DNA of 63,798 nucleotides, counting the filler, from Intoshia linei (taxonomy: Eukaryota; Animalia; Orthonectida): NCBI GenBank assembly GCA_001642005.1. It is 7 parts of 7 records of this genome, joined end to end, with 100 filler letters (N's around TTAATTAATTAA, not from the genome) between each part and the next. Parts side by side here need not be neighbours in the genome. Positions count along the whole stretch, not along the records: positions 1 to 22,130 come from LWCA01000609.1; 6 more parts are not named here. One strand, written 5' to 3'. This document shows positions 1 to 13,399 of this stretch, piece by piece. Within the stretch, counting starts at the first letter, position 1. Each line of letters opens with the position of its first letter. The translations under genes were made by a program, and so were the position numbers. The notes under the pieces were generated by a model, which was given only the letters and a program-made list of their open reading frames with translations, was not told the origin of the DNA and searched no databases.

Positions 1-192
1 ATTTTAAAATTTCATTTTTTCTATAAATTTTTTAGGGTAATTGCTTATCCCATTAATTCATGAACCCACATGTCTTAGTTAGAATTATTATTATAGAGGT
101 ATAACTATAACTAGCTCGTATCTACTGTTTGTACTGCTTACAGACAGTAACAGACAGGCTTATTGGTAATATAAATTGAATTAAATATTTAG

Positions 193-2742
193 GAATTGAT
201 AAAAGAAGATTTTTTATTGACAAGCTCAATTAAAGTGGTAACAATATCAGACCAAATTGTTTATTTTTCAATGTTTCGAAATTGTACGGATGTTTTTAAA
301 CTATTTCAACGTTTAACAAATTTTGCCATGAAAGAACTGCTCCTTGAAGATGGAATACATAAACTGCCTAAAGTTAAAATAAAACACCAATCATTACAGC
401 GAAGATGTCAATCGGAAACACGTAGAACATTGGATGCTCATGCCAGAATATGTATAATTCGATCCTATTTTAATTTACCAGGGTCATCATATTTTGAATT
501 TGACACGGCATCATCATTAGTGGTTCCATATGAAAAACAATCTCTTTTAATTGGTCGGTTGTATTTATGGAATAATTACATTTCATTTACTTGTAATAAA
601 AGAAAAATTAAATTAATCATACCCGTGTACACCATTGAAACCATCGATAGTATTGGATATACAGGCGAAAATTTTTTACGTGACGCAGTGTTGGTTCATA
701 CTGAAAAGAGAACTCATATATTCACAAATATTGCCAAATTGAAAGAAGCCTATAGAATTCTGAATCAAATTGTAGATTTATCTAAGAAAAGGAGTTGTAA
801 AGAAAACATAGATACAGATATTGATGTAGGGGAACCTTTGCTTAATAATTTTAAAGTTAGATTAGCAGTGGATTATGATGATCAACTGGATCCGTTAAAG
901 AAGAATGATAAAAAACAGCATCTGCGGTCCAAGAGTGAATTGTGTAGATATGAAACTTTGAAGAATGACTGGTTGAATCATTTTGAAAAGTATGGTGAAG
1001 GTGTATCTTTATATCGAACTAATGAAACGTTAAAGTTGTTAATTAGAGGAATTTCTCCAGAGTTTAGAAGGGAATTGTGGATGTCTTTGACAATGGCATC
1101 AAGTGAAATGCATCTAAATTTGGGGGTTTATGGAAAAATTCTAAAGAATGCCAATATGAATACGTTTGTATCGTATTCAATAGATAGAGATGTTGAAAGG
1201 TCGCTTCCAGAACACCCAGCTTATCAAAATACGAAAGGAACAGGGGCCCTAAGAACGCTTCTCAACGTGTACGCTTGGAAGAATCCACGAATAGGATATT
1301 GTCAATCGATGAATTTTGTAGGGAGTATTTTATTGTTATATTTGAATGCAGAAGAATCAATGTGGCTCTTGTCCTGTATATGTGAGAACATGTTGCCTGA
1401 TTATTATTCTAATAAACTGATTGGTGCTTTAATTGACATGGAAGTGTTTAAAGAACTTTTGGAAAGATTTCTACCGCAAATTTACAAAACAATCGCGGAC
1501 ATGGATTTGTTGTACATTTATATAATGTCTTGGTTTTTATCAATCTTTAATAGCGTGTTATCGTTCCGTTTAACACTGCGTATTATGGATGTTTTTTTCT
1601 ATGATGGAGTCCGAGTTCTTTTTATGCTCTCTCTCACCATATTAATGAACGTTGGTCCTTTATTGATCAATGCAAGTGCTGAAGAGGCTTATAAAACTTT
1701 GAAAAATTTTTTGGAATCAATCGGTTTGAAGGATGATTTTAAATCTTCAAAAACAATATATTTGGAAGATTTACTTACTTGTAGTTATGCTAAATGTAGT
1801 AGTATCACCATCCAGGAAATTGAATCTCTCCGCATAAAATACCAGATTGGTATAGTACAAACTGTTGAAGACAGTATGATGAAAATTGTGGTTCGTAGTA
1901 CATTGGATTATTCCGATTTGAAAAAATCCATTGTTGAAAAAGTGTACCTATTATACAGAAAAACTTTGATTAAATTCCGTAAGCTGTCTCCAGATTCTCA
2001 ACTCGTTCACGAAAAGTACGATGTATCGAAACCTTATTACGATCAAAATAGAATTGAATGGAAACATTTTGAAAATTTAGTGTGCATAATATTCACTTTT
2101 GAAAATTCTCAGCCAATGTTACGTGAAATATTTGGTTATTTTGATATGGACATGAACAATCAAATTAATTTACTTGATTTTATTTGGGTCGTGCAATATG
2201 TTTGTTATTCTTCTGTCACGGAGAAATTGGCATTTGTTTATTCTCTTAGTGTTTATGATGAAAATATCCGTAAGGCTGCAAAAGAGCAGGATGATGTACT
2301 TAAATTGGGTAAAAATAAACTATTTCTCCAGTCAAAATCCATTGTTCGTCAAAAATATGTTCCAAATACTAGTTATAAAATGAACTATTTACAATTCGAC
2401 AAATTTTGCCATTATTTATCAAATATTTTTGGCAAAAATTTGAATTTCAATGAATTTAATAGCAGTTTGCAAAAATTTAAGGCTTTAATATTGGATATCT
2501 TTGATAGTAATATTGACAATACTGACGATAAATCTATAGATTCTGTTGGTGAAAGCACTATTTGTAATAATTCTCTTAGACCTACCCCACAAAAATATAA
2601 CGAAAAATTTCCCATCGAAACTACTATACAATTTACTCATGTTCAAGCATCTTTTCACATGTTTGATTATCTCATCCAAGCTCTAGAAAGAGTCATTGAT
2701 ATTGAAATGGTTATTGATCAGTCCAGGAAGCTTTACAAATAG
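193..2742 (+). CDS. TBC1D9: TBC1D8/TBC1D9-family Rab-GAP (GRAM + TBC + EF-hand), large terminal exon; 5' exons unresolved
   Basis: Acceptor tttag ends at 192, then a 2.55-kb ORF to TAG. GRAM-like GRLYLWNNYISF; TBC Arg finger IDRDVERSLPEHP and Gln finger GYCQSMN; EF-hand DMDMNNQINLLDF. Confidence 0.9.
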   Translation, partial: ELIKEDFLLTSSIKVVTISDQIVYFSMFRNCTDVFKLFQRLTNFAMKELLLEDGIHKLPKVKIKHQSLQRRCQSETRRTLDAHARICIIRSYFNLPGSSYFEFDTASSLVVPYEKQSLLIGRLYLWNNYISFTCNKRKIKLIIPVYTIETIDSIGYTGENFLRDAVLVHTEKRTHIFTNIAKLKEAYRILNQIVDLSKKRSCKENIDTDIDVGEPLLNNFKVRLAVDYDDQLDPLKKNDKKQHLRSKSELCRYETLKNDWLNHFEKYGEGVSLYRTNETLKLLIRGISPEFRRELWMSLTMASSEMHLNLGVYGKILKNANMNTFVSYSIDRDVERSLPEHPAYQNTKGTGALRTLLNVYAWKNPRIGYCQSMNFVGSILLLYLNAEESMWLLSCICENMLPDYYSNKLIGALIDMEVFKELLERFLPQIYKTIADMDLLYIYIMSWFLSIFNSVLSFRLTLRIMDVFFYDGVRVLFMLSLTILMNVGPLLINASAEEAYKTLKNFLESIGLKDDFKSSKTIYLEDLLTCSYAKCSSITIQEIESLRIKYQIGIVQTVEDSMMKIVVRSTLDYSDLKKSIVEKVYLLYRKTLIKFRKLSPDSQLVHEKYDVSKPYYDQNRIEWKHFENLVCIIFTFENSQPMLREIFGYFDMDMNNQINLLDFIWVVQYVCYSSVTEKLAFVYSLSVYDENIRKAAKEQDDVLKLGKNKLFLQSKSIVRQKYVPNTSYKMNYLQFDKFCHYLSNIFGKNLNFNEFNSSLQKFKALILDIFDSNIDNTDDKSIDSVGESTICNNSLRPTPQKYNEKFPIETTIQFTHVQASFHMFDYLIQALERVIDIEMVIDQSRKLYK

Positions 2743-3119
2743 TTTTGTAAATTTTAAATGTATATATTTTTTAATTGTTATAAAATTTATTTATTTTTTG
2801 TATTAGTGTTATTCGTTTCTTTGCTAGTAATATGACGATTATTTTTGATATTATGTAAAGAGTGATCATTCTTCATTTTTGTGAACTAAAGTAGAGTGTC
2901 TAGGATAAATCTAGACTCCAGATTTTAATAAAGAGATATGGATAGAAATCCCATAAATTGATCAATGACACAGTAATCTCCTTAAGAATTCAAATTGGTA
3001 TTCATATTTGTCAATAAAAATAACAATAAATTTGAATTTTCTCAAATATCCATGATAACATGGCGCAATTATAAAAAATAAAATTACAGACAAATTTTTA
3101 AAAAATTTTTTAAATTACA

Positions 3120-6100
3120 ATGCAATCTCCAGTCTCAAATTTGTCCAATAAATTACCAGACAAAGCAATATTGAAGGGTAATTTTTATTGTTAATTGCTT
3201 TTAAAAATTAAATGTTCAATATTTATAGGTATAAATTGTTATTTGGATATACGATCTAATGATAACAAAACAAGTCAAAGAGACACTATAGCTCGTGCAG
3301 TCGTGAAATTAGGTGGGAAAGTTAGTTATAGATACAATAAAAATGTGACACATGTTATCATGTACTTTTTTATATACTAAGGTGTTTCATACAGATTTAA
3401 ATGTATTTATTGTGGTCGTTGAGATAAACCTCATACTAATTTTGATTGCAAATTATCCCTACTGAAATAATTTATAATTTTTGTAATATAAATATATTTT
3501 ATCAATAACTTAAGGCCACAGTTTTTAAATATTAAATTTTAAAGAGAATATTCTTAAACCCAATTATTTTTACTAAAATCCAACCATATTTACTACAAAT
3601 CAAAATTTACCAACCTTTAAGGGAAAAATTCCAATTTTACCAATCCTTATGGAAAAACCTACTTTTACCAACCTTTAATGGAAAAATTCGATTTTAAAAG
3701 CCCTTTAGGGAAAATGCCAATTTTACCAACCCTAAAAAAAATTCGGTTTTAAAAACCCTTTAGGGAAAATTCTAGTTTTACCAACCTTTAAGGGAAAAAT
3801 CCACTTTTACAAACCCTTATGGGAAAACCCACCTTTACCAACCTTTAATGGAAAAATCGAGTTTTTGTTTTTGAGTTATATCATCTACTACAGGCCAAAG
3901 TTAAAACTGAAATATTAAGATACCATATTATACCTACAAACCATATACAAAAAAATTAGAAATATTCTATGGTGTTCACATTAGAGAATATTTTTTATAT
4001 GAGAACAAATAGAATATTTTACAAAATTATTTTTTGTCAGTTTCCTTAGGGGTTGGTAAAACCGAATTTTTCCTTTAAAGGTTGGAAAACTAAAATTTTT
4101 TTTAGGGGTGGTAAAACTGGAATTTTTCTTTTTATGGTTGGTAAAACCGGATTTTTCCTTAAAAATTGGTAAAACTAGAATTTTCCTTTTAGGGTTGGTA
4201 AAATTGGATTTTTCTCTTAAAGTTTGGTAAAACTGAAACTTTTCTTTTTAGTGTTGGTAAATTTTGATTTTTAGTAAAAATAATTGGAGTTAAGTAGACA
4301 CCCAATAATAAATATATCTTCTAAAATTATATTTAATCCATCAAAATCGTTTACTTTTATACTGATGATAACTGTTTTATACTTTTGGACTATTTAAAAA
4401 AATGTATATTTGAAACACTAATACTGATTTTATAATTTTTATTTTTATGTTAAATTTAGAAAAAATGGAAACGATAAAACTAAAAAGATTGTCAAAGATC
4501 ATCCAGGTATTTGAATTGTTTATGTTATTTTGTATTCACGGAGAGGATTAATGACATAATAATTTATTTGTGTTTCGACGAAACTTAAATAATTATATTC
4601 ACCCGATTTATAGTATTCTGCGGAACAAAACTTGTTACTACGGCCCATATTTTTCTCAAATTACTACAATATTATCTACATTCTTAGTTTAATATTAAAT
4701 TTTTCCTGTATTTAGACCTTTGGTATACCGTATTATATTTAGTAGAATATCATAATTTGTATTTAGGGATTTACTGCACTAATGTTAAATGGATTGATGC
4801 GTAATTATTTATTTTAAGCTCTTTCATAATGTATTTTATAGATGTATCAAAAACAATAAGAGAATGAATGAGTTTCGGTATTATGGTGATATTGAATTTT
4901 CTGGTACGAATGATTCATTAAAATCTATGCGAGTAATTTTATCTTTTAATTATAACTATATGTAATCCCAGTGGGATTCTCCAAGTGTTAATACTTTCGA
5001 TTATCAAGTTTAAATTGAATCTTTAATGTAGGACACGTCACGTAGCCAACAAACTACGCTGTCATCGAATTTTATCCGGCCCGTTAATTTCTAAAAAAGT
5101 AGATTACATTAATCATTTTAATTAACATCATATAAACCTAGAAAATACTAATATTTGACCATTTTTTCAAATTATAGGTTTTGAGCCCTTCGAGTTAAAA
5201 CCCTCCATGGTTTGTGAAAACTGATGTATTAAATCTACATCAGTGAAATCTATAGATCGACTTTTTTTTTTGATCTGAGGGTGTGATTTTATAAATTATA
5301 CTACACATTGTGTAGTAAACATATCTTGGTTTTGTCATAAAACAATCTGAAATTATCAATATGTATGGGTTTCAAACTTTTTTTTAGGCCTCGAGTAAAT
5401 TTTTATAAAATGGGACATCATTTTTGCAAATCGAGCATTAAAAATTATATTCTTGAATATTATAACTATTTTTTTTTAAATTTAAAAAGTCAGATCAAGA
5501 GCCTTAGAGTTATGTGAGCGGATAGTTAGGTTAATATGACACTGTATATCGTTTGTAATTTTTTTAGGTTGGTTCGGATCTGAGACTATGTAAGCTGTAG
5601 TTATGTATTTTAATGTTGTAGTGGTATTGTATATTTTAAAATACATTTTAGAATTTAAGAAATGTACGTAAATTTAAACATGATGAAATTACAGACGAAA
5701 TTGAAACTTACGACACATTTCCAATAGGCACATATCAACGACATAAAATGGTTTTTTTAATAAATAATTATTCAACCTTTATAAAAATGAAACAGTCTCA
5801 ACTAGCATGTACTAAAGCAGTGTTTCCTAACAATTTTCCAATTTTTCTTAGTCACTCCTACAGTAGAAGAAAAATTACAGATATATGTAACTGAGGGTGG
5901 CGCACCGTCTACTGCGAACATTGGTAATTGTTCATGAAAATATCACCTTTAAAATAATTTTTTAAGAGTTCACTCCATGTCAATGATTGGGAGTGTCTGA
6001 TTTAATTGGTTGGATTATTTTATTGATTTTATTAATTTATAATATTAGAAAGTATTAAATGAAAAGTCATACACACCAGATTATATTGTAAATGTGGCAA

Positions 6101-9100
6101 AACGATTAAATATACAATTATCAAATACACCGAGTATGTTCTTTATTTATTTATTATTGAGAATATTCTTAAATTCAACCATTTTTACTAAAAATCAAAA
6201 TTGATCAACCTTAAGTAAAATTCCATAACTGATCATTATAGAAAATTTATGAAACTTTTGAAAAGTAATAATTAAATTGTGCTTTGCATTTTCGTTACAA
6301 ACTTGACAAATTACAATTTTTGATATTTTATGAAATAGTTTATCCAATTTTTAAATCTTACGTAATTATATATTTATGTAAATTCACAGTAAACATACAC
6401 TTCATGAAATATAAATTTTTTCAACTCAATAAGCGTAAAGGTAATAACATTTTATCTAATGCAAAAATCTTGTTTTAAAAGTTATAATTTTTTAGACCTA
6501 AATGTTCGCATAAAGCAATTTAAGGTACTAACGTCACTAAGTTAATATTTATATTTTTTTATTATATATTTCTCATTACATTGAAAATTTTACATTTTTT
6601 TTTGACATGGTAGCTTCAATGGCGTAATTAAAAAAATTATTAATTTTAAATATAATTATTGCGAACTACCGTATCCGAAATCCTTCTACCGATCACCTCG
6701 ACGAAATTTTTTATAAATGGTGGCTTTAATTTACCAATTGAACATTAAAAAAAATCTTGAATATCAACTAATTTGTTTACAAAAATTTTTAAGGGTTATT
6801 TTTCATTTTAGAAGTTCCCACAAGCCAGGGTTACCAACATTAAGTTATTCTAAACCCGAATTTTTGAGCGAAGCTCAAAATATTGCTGAAGCGCATCGAA
6901 GCGACATTTAGTGAAACGAAAATTTTTTTTGGGGCCTCTTTTTCAAAAAATATGGGATTCACTAAGTAATGGAATAAAATTAACTGCTAACACTAAGAGT
7001 CTTTCATCATAGAGAAAAAAATTATATAATATAAATAAAGTATGTCTGATGTGATGATTTTGATTGAAATAATTAAATTACCCTGAGAAATATTATTTAA
7101 CCCTGAGCCCTGAGTTGAATTTGAAAACCCGAATTCTCAGGGAGAAAATAATGCAGTTGGCAACCCTGCCACGAGCTTGGTAGGTTCGGATTTGGGAAAT
7201 AATATCGAACTAAATTAAATCTATCATAGATTAAATTTAACGTACGTGAAAATTATTCACGTTGTTCAGTAAATTGTAACTTTATTTTGATAAATTGATG
7301 TTTACGTTCGCTAATAATAATAAATGATCCATAATGAATAATATTCTAATTTACTGTTAATTATTAACAGTAATAATAATATAATATATATAATAATAAT
7401 ATATTTCAATAAGAGAATATTCTTAAACTCAACCATTTTTACAAACCCCTAAGGAAAAATCTTAATTTTACCAACCCTAAAAGGAAAAATTCGGTTTTAA
7501 AAACCCTTTAGGGAAAATTCCAGTTTTACCAACCTTTAAGGGAAAAATCCACTTTTACAAACCGCTAAGGAAAAATCGAGTTTTTGTTTTTGAGTTATAT
7601 CATCCACTACAGTAACACTGACACACCTAAAACACTGAAAATCCATTATATCAACTGAAAATTTAATATTTCTACTGACAAACCATCTAAAATACTGGCG
7701 CGATAGATACTAGCCATTTTTAATACGAAAATTTTGAATACATTTATGTACGTTTCGTTTGAAATTTTCTTATATTTTGAATCCACCTATATACGTATCG
7801 GCTGAAATCTACTGATTTCATGAATACGTGTATACGTAAAACCTGAAATTTGCTTATTTTATTACATCTTTCAAGAATTGACACAATAGGGTAAATTATA
7901 TTAAAATATAAAAATTCAATCATTCTAATTATTACAAAATTAATGTAAAAAACCTTATATAAAATGGTGGAATGGATAAATTTCATAAAATTAAATTTAC
8001 ATGTATATGTGTAATGGATAAATTTCGTGAAAATAAATTTACATGTATATGTGTAATGTATTCCTCAAAGGGATAATAAATATTCCAAATAATTCTGGTT
8101 TATCCGAGTAACCGCAGCACAGCATATTTAAAATTTTTACTATATATATTTCAGTCACTGACATTTCAATGCAATCTTGTGATGAATTTATCAATACAAA
8201 ATCACCAACATTTAATAAATCTCAATCTAATGGTAAATTTATTGTAAATTTGTTTTTTAATATTATTTAAATATATATATATATGAATATTTAAGGTATA
8301 TTAACACTTAATGTACAATCTGATTGCAGTAATTATTAAATTTTATTAATTAGGTTGGATCAATTTTTAAGAGTTTTGTTTTTTAACAAACCAAAATCTT
8401 TGAGACTTAATTTTTGATTCTTTATTTTTTGAGATATTTTTATTAACAATAATATAAATAAATAATGTATTATTGAGTAAAACTGTTTCAACAATACATC
8501 CGGTTCTACCAAATGTCTCCGAATGTTCTACAAACTCTGAATATTCAAACGAAATTGTCAAAATTGTAATCCATTTTATCATTCACATAGATAAATGTGG
8601 ATTACATTTTAGTCATTTTATTAGGTATATTCAGCCTTCTAGTATGATTAATTTCATAATACCGCGGAATGTGGTGTTATTATTATATTTTTGTTTTACC
8701 ATGCTGTAAAATTCAAATGGTCTCAAAAATGTAAAACTTATTTTATTGTTAAAATTACAACCTTATGCATAGTTTAATCAAAAATTGTTATTTTTCAATC
8801 GGTATACATTTAGTTATAATTAGTTGTTTGATGAACTATTTTATTATCTATTTAGAAAATTTAAATGATACCACCAATTCATCCTTAAAAAAATCAAAAA
8901 GACGAAAATTGTTTATGCCACCACGGAGTTTATTTAGCGAGCAACGAAATATGCAAAAAATTGACAAATTTGTTGAAAATGAAGACATTTTTGATGACAT
9001 TGAATCTACGCCTACTTTTGAAAATACTCTCAGTATTTCAAAAATTTTTAATGATGAAGATGACTCTTATTTAATTGATAATGAAATCAGCAATCATGTT

Positions 9101-12100
9101 GATGAATCTGATGGAAATACTGTCGTACCTAAATATGAAAATGGCATTGAAATGATTATGAATAGTATCAACGACGAAAATAAAATTGAAAATGTTAAAA
9201 ATTATGATCATTCTATTATAGGAAATGAACCAAGGAATTCGTGTAATATAAAGTTCAAAAATGATTCCTGTTTGAAGGCCCATTGTGCTGGAAATGGTGT
9301 AAAAACTAATAATCATTTTGACAATGAATCTGAAAGGGGGAGTATATTTAATTATGACGAGGAGGATAAAATGATCATTAAAAATGAAAAAAAGAATGTA
9401 TCCAAGTCTAGGTGTTATTTTAATGATAATGAAAAATGTTCCAAGTTGGACACGTTAAAAACTGGATGTGAAATTGAATTTATCAATAACAACGGTATTA
9501 ATGAAAAAAGTGTTTTTGAAATCTCAAAAATTTCTACAAATATTAAAAAATCTGATAAATCCATAAAAATCAAAAGCGGACGCAATCAATATAGACGTTT
9601 TTGTAATATAGAACCTAAAAATTACCAATTAAAATCAAAAAGGTGTGTAAACAAAAATAAAGCTTCAATTAAAAAAAAAGTTGACTGTGAACATGACACT
9701 GAAACGGGCGGTATAAGTAATTGCGAAAATCAAACCTTTAGTGAAAATGATGGTACGATTGATATTGTGAATAAAATTTCGATAGCACGAACCCAACCTC
9801 GACGCTCATGTAACATGACACGTAAAAATTACGCATTTAAAGCAAAAAAAAATCCGAATACAACTAGTATCATGAATAATGTATCCAATCATTTAGACCC
9901 TAATATTTACTTGAATATCAATGAAAATGTATGTGGTACTGAAAAGGACGTTAAAATCAATAATAAAAATGATGATACGATTGATGTTGACAATAAAATG
10001 TCGGTATTTAAAAACAAGAAAAATTCCACCTCTCGAGCTCAGCCTAGACGTTCGTGTAATATGATTTCTAAAAATAATGTAACCAAGAGGAAATTAAATA
10101 TTAATTTGTCGGATCAAAATGGCAGTCCGGTTTTAAATAAAAAACATGACGGTATTTTAAATTGTTCCATTTATTCTCCATTTTTGATTGATAAAGATAA
10201 AAAACCAAATGATAGAAAAAGTTTAATTGATGCTATCGATGATTTAAAATGTTCAATGTCCCATTGTGATGAAAATAATGGAAAATTTTCTCCTTTACTT
10301 AAAAATCGATTCAAGAATAAACGAAAAACTGGCTATATTTTTTCAAAAATTGAAAAAATTTCCGAGCAAGATGAAAAGAATGTCATTTTTACCAGTTTTC
10401 ATAAACCGTAAATTTTTGATTTTTATTCATCATAATCTGAGGTATGATCAGAACCATTGCGAGGGGTTAGGGGTCATATGGACCGGGTCTACAATCACGA
10501 AGGCCTACTAATTACTACTACCTTTAATTTATTAATAGGTTGGAAAATTTGACGTCTATTATTTAGAGAAATATTCATTTGAGAGATAAGTTTTAAACAG
10601 GGCCGTGGAAAGGGGGTAGGGGCCATATGGCCTATCATGAGGGCTTACTTTTTAAATTTTAGAGCATAACGATCGATTAAGCAATTTATAGAGGTGCCAT
10701 TTTTGAAAATTTTTTTGATATGGGGACTACTGCTGGCTCTCCACGGTCCTGATCTTAGAGCGACATAATCATCGATTTTAATAATTTATCCATAATATTG
10801 ATATTTTTACGAATTTGTTTGTTGATTTCTTTAGAGAAAATTTTTTCACCTAATGTGGAAGATAATTTTGGGACCAAAAATTAGGTAAGGTTTTTAGGGT
10901 AACATATTTTTTTATCCAATTTTGAAGATAATTTGATTAGATAAGATGATTTGGTAGGTAATTTAAGATAAAATTTTTCACTCGATTTTGAACATAATTT
11001 TAGGTCACAAATTTGGTAGGGTTTTAACCCTTTATTATCGCAAATTTTTAAACATTTTAATGATAATTTTTGAACGAAAATCTAAGGGAACATTTTTTCT
11101 CTCGATTTTTAAAGATTTTGAAGATGCCATTATTCCTTTAAAAATCCTACAAAAGTCTACAAATTATCTTCAAAGTAATAAAAAAAATGATCTCTTAAAA
11201 AATTTTACCTAATTTTGGTCCCAAAATTATCATGGAAATCTATAATTATGTCGTTCAAGTGAATGTTCGCCGAAAAGTTATTTATGATTATTATGAAAAT
11301 ATTAATTAAATTTAAAAATACAATTAATTTTAGAAAGTTGTTAATGTTAAAACATAAAATAATGTCAAATTTGGAAAATGTATCATTTTCGGAAAATTTT
11401 GATTTAAACAAGACGACCCATATTATTTGTGCTAGCGATAGTAGGACCATAAATTTTGTTTTTGGAGTAATTTATGGATTATGGATAGTTTCTGATCGCT
11501 GGATATTGGATTCAATCAAGCAATCAAAATTTTGCGATGAAAACCTGTATTCGTTTGATGACGTTTACCCAGTTTTGAAGGTTTGTTTTACAATTTTGTT
11601 TGTTTACAATTAATTAATTATTTTAAGATAATTTTTTATTTTGTCACTATTTATGTATTTGAAATTTTAGTGTTGTTTCTCGTTTTATGACTGGTAGATT
11701 ACGATGACGTGTAATTATAATCAGTCAAAATTGGTAACCCTATACAGTCTATTTAATTTTAAGGGAATTCAGTGGTTAATTTTATTTTTTTCATTTATAC
11801 CCGACTGTATCTGCTAAGAGATATAGTACCAAGTAATAATCACAATTAGAACCAGTTGCTTGATTTATGTTTTTTAAAATATATTATTTTATTTTAGAAA
11901 ACTCGGAATGACAAAAATTATTTAAATAATTTATTCTCAAATGTAGGAAGCATGTATTTATTTATTGATTCCAAGCATGTAAAAGATAGTTTTAATTTAA
12001 TTTTAAAAAAATGTGGTGGAAAGGTAATGTATTTTTTCATACAAAATCGCAAATATTTTTATTTTTCTTATGGTTAGTTTTTTTCGAAACTATTTATTTT

Positions 12101-13263
12101 TTTATACGAGTTTTTAAAATTTTTAGCCAACTTTTTTTATTTTGTGATAGAGTTGGATTAAGGGAAATCATATTGTAAAAATTAGAAAAAATTTGATGAT
12201 GGTTACTGAAATATATTAATGTTAATAATTTTAAAACGCATCCCAAAATGTTATGTTTTTGTTAAATTTTTACCCTGAAGCACTCAAATTCGGGAAACTA
12301 AACTGAGATATAAACATCACCTGCGAACAACTGCATTAGAGATTGGGTTTTTTAAGTAGTAAGCCGGTTAATTTTTTAAATATTGGGTAATACAGACATT
12401 CAATTTTATATAAATAAAGTATCAAAGTATAGTATTAAATTTTTCTCAACATTAGGTCTACCCACCCTCATTTTTCTTGGTTGGTTCTGGTAATTGATAA
12501 AAATATTAGTATATTTTCAATATTTATTTTTAAAAATTTAGATTTCTAATAATCGAGTTCGAGCGGATATATGTATTGGCAAATATTGTCAAAAGTCAAA
12601 ATTTTCTGTTATTACCAAATGGATTGTAGGTAATCATTTTTTAATACTACGTAAAGTTTGTTATAAACTTTAAGAAATTTTAGATTTGGTCGTTATTGTA
12701 GTGAGAACTTACCGTTAAAATTCTCAAGTTTTGATATAATTATTCTTTTAAGCTAATTCAAATTTTTATCTTTAAATTATTTATAACGGTTGATTACTTG
12801 TCTAGCACAGTGGACTTTAAACTTTTTTGTTTAACGCACCCAAAATTTTTTATTACCGTATTGAATAGGGCCTATTCAACCCCGATTTTAACAAATTCAA
12901 ACATTTATAGAAAAAATCAGTCATGAATCAACTTGTAATCATATCATCGTTTTGTTCCCATAACCCCTATTTGTTTGTAAATGTTGATATTTTTTTATTC
13001 GTTGGTGTAATATAACCTTTTAAATTTCATTAAAAATAAGTTGTATAAAATGTCGAATGCATCCTTAGGGTGCACATATTCTAATTTAAGAATTATTAGT
13101 GGTACTCAATGGTGTAGCAATAATTATTATATTACATAACTAGTTTTGTTTGTTCGAAAATTATTACGTTATTTTAAATTTAGATTGTATCATGTATGCA
13201 AAAGTATTATCCATGGATCAATATAAAAGTTCCCCTATTAGAGCTGCCAGTCCAGTTTATTGA
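3120..13263 (+). CDS. MCPH1: Microcephalin (N-terminal BRCT plus C-terminal tandem BRCTs), about 12 exons
   Basis: Phase-consistent exons approx. 3120-3177, 3229-3361, 4460-4505, 4767-4800, 4842-4932, 6049-6133, 8155-8231, 8857-10407, 11334-11580, 11898-12023, 12542-12629, 13184-13263. N-terminus ILKGINCYLDIRS..LGGKVSYRYNKNVTHVI..KWIDAC matches MCPH1 BRCT1; TTHII..RTINFVFG..WILDS and CGGKIS..ADICIGKY..KWIVDCI match BRCT2/3. Confidence 0.88.
3544..4303. mobile_element. Foldback/Mutator-like non-autonomous element with long inverted arms of ~30-nt subrepeats (arm type A)
   Basis: Left arm tandem TTTTACCAACCTTTAAGGGAAAAAT.. (3586-3860); right arm is its reverse complement (4041-4265); ends GAGAATATTC.. 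and ..AGACACCC; flanks aattttaaa/aataataaa match 7 of 9. Confidence 0.75.
6826..7168. mobile_element. hAT-type MITE
   Basis: TIRs CAGGGTTACCAAC / GTTGGCAACCCTG; 8-bp TSD ccacaagc/ccacgagc. Confidence 0.85.
7413..7700. mobile_element. Foldback-family copy: type A left arm, start of core, then type B (ACTGAC) arm
   Basis: Starts GAGAATATTCTTAAAC; near-identical to 3690-3892 up to tatcatccactacag; then actga(c/a) units like those at 40620-40790. Confidence 0.7.
10598..10751. mobile_element. Short hAT-like MITE
   Basis: TIRs CAGGGCCGTGGA / TCCACGGTCCTG; TSD not conserved. Confidence 0.6.
10860..11230. repeat. Inverted-repeat (MITE-like) relic in an MCPH1 intron
   Basis: gataattttgggaccaaaaattaggtaa at ~10861 is inverted as ttacctaattttggtcccaaaattatc at ~11204. 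Confidence 0.6.
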
Positions 13264-13399
13264 ATATAGTTAATTATTGTACCATTACCATTAAATTATT
13301 TACATGTACAAAATTTTTAAATTTTAAATGTGTTAGATTTCAGGAATTATTTTATAGTGTTTTGAATTAAAAATATTTAAAGAAATTGTACCACTAACT

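Noticed and set aside
3586-3860. CRISPR-like or telomere-like array
   Set aside because: No unique spacers, eukaryotic intron context, and it is mirrored as an inverted arm of a transposon.
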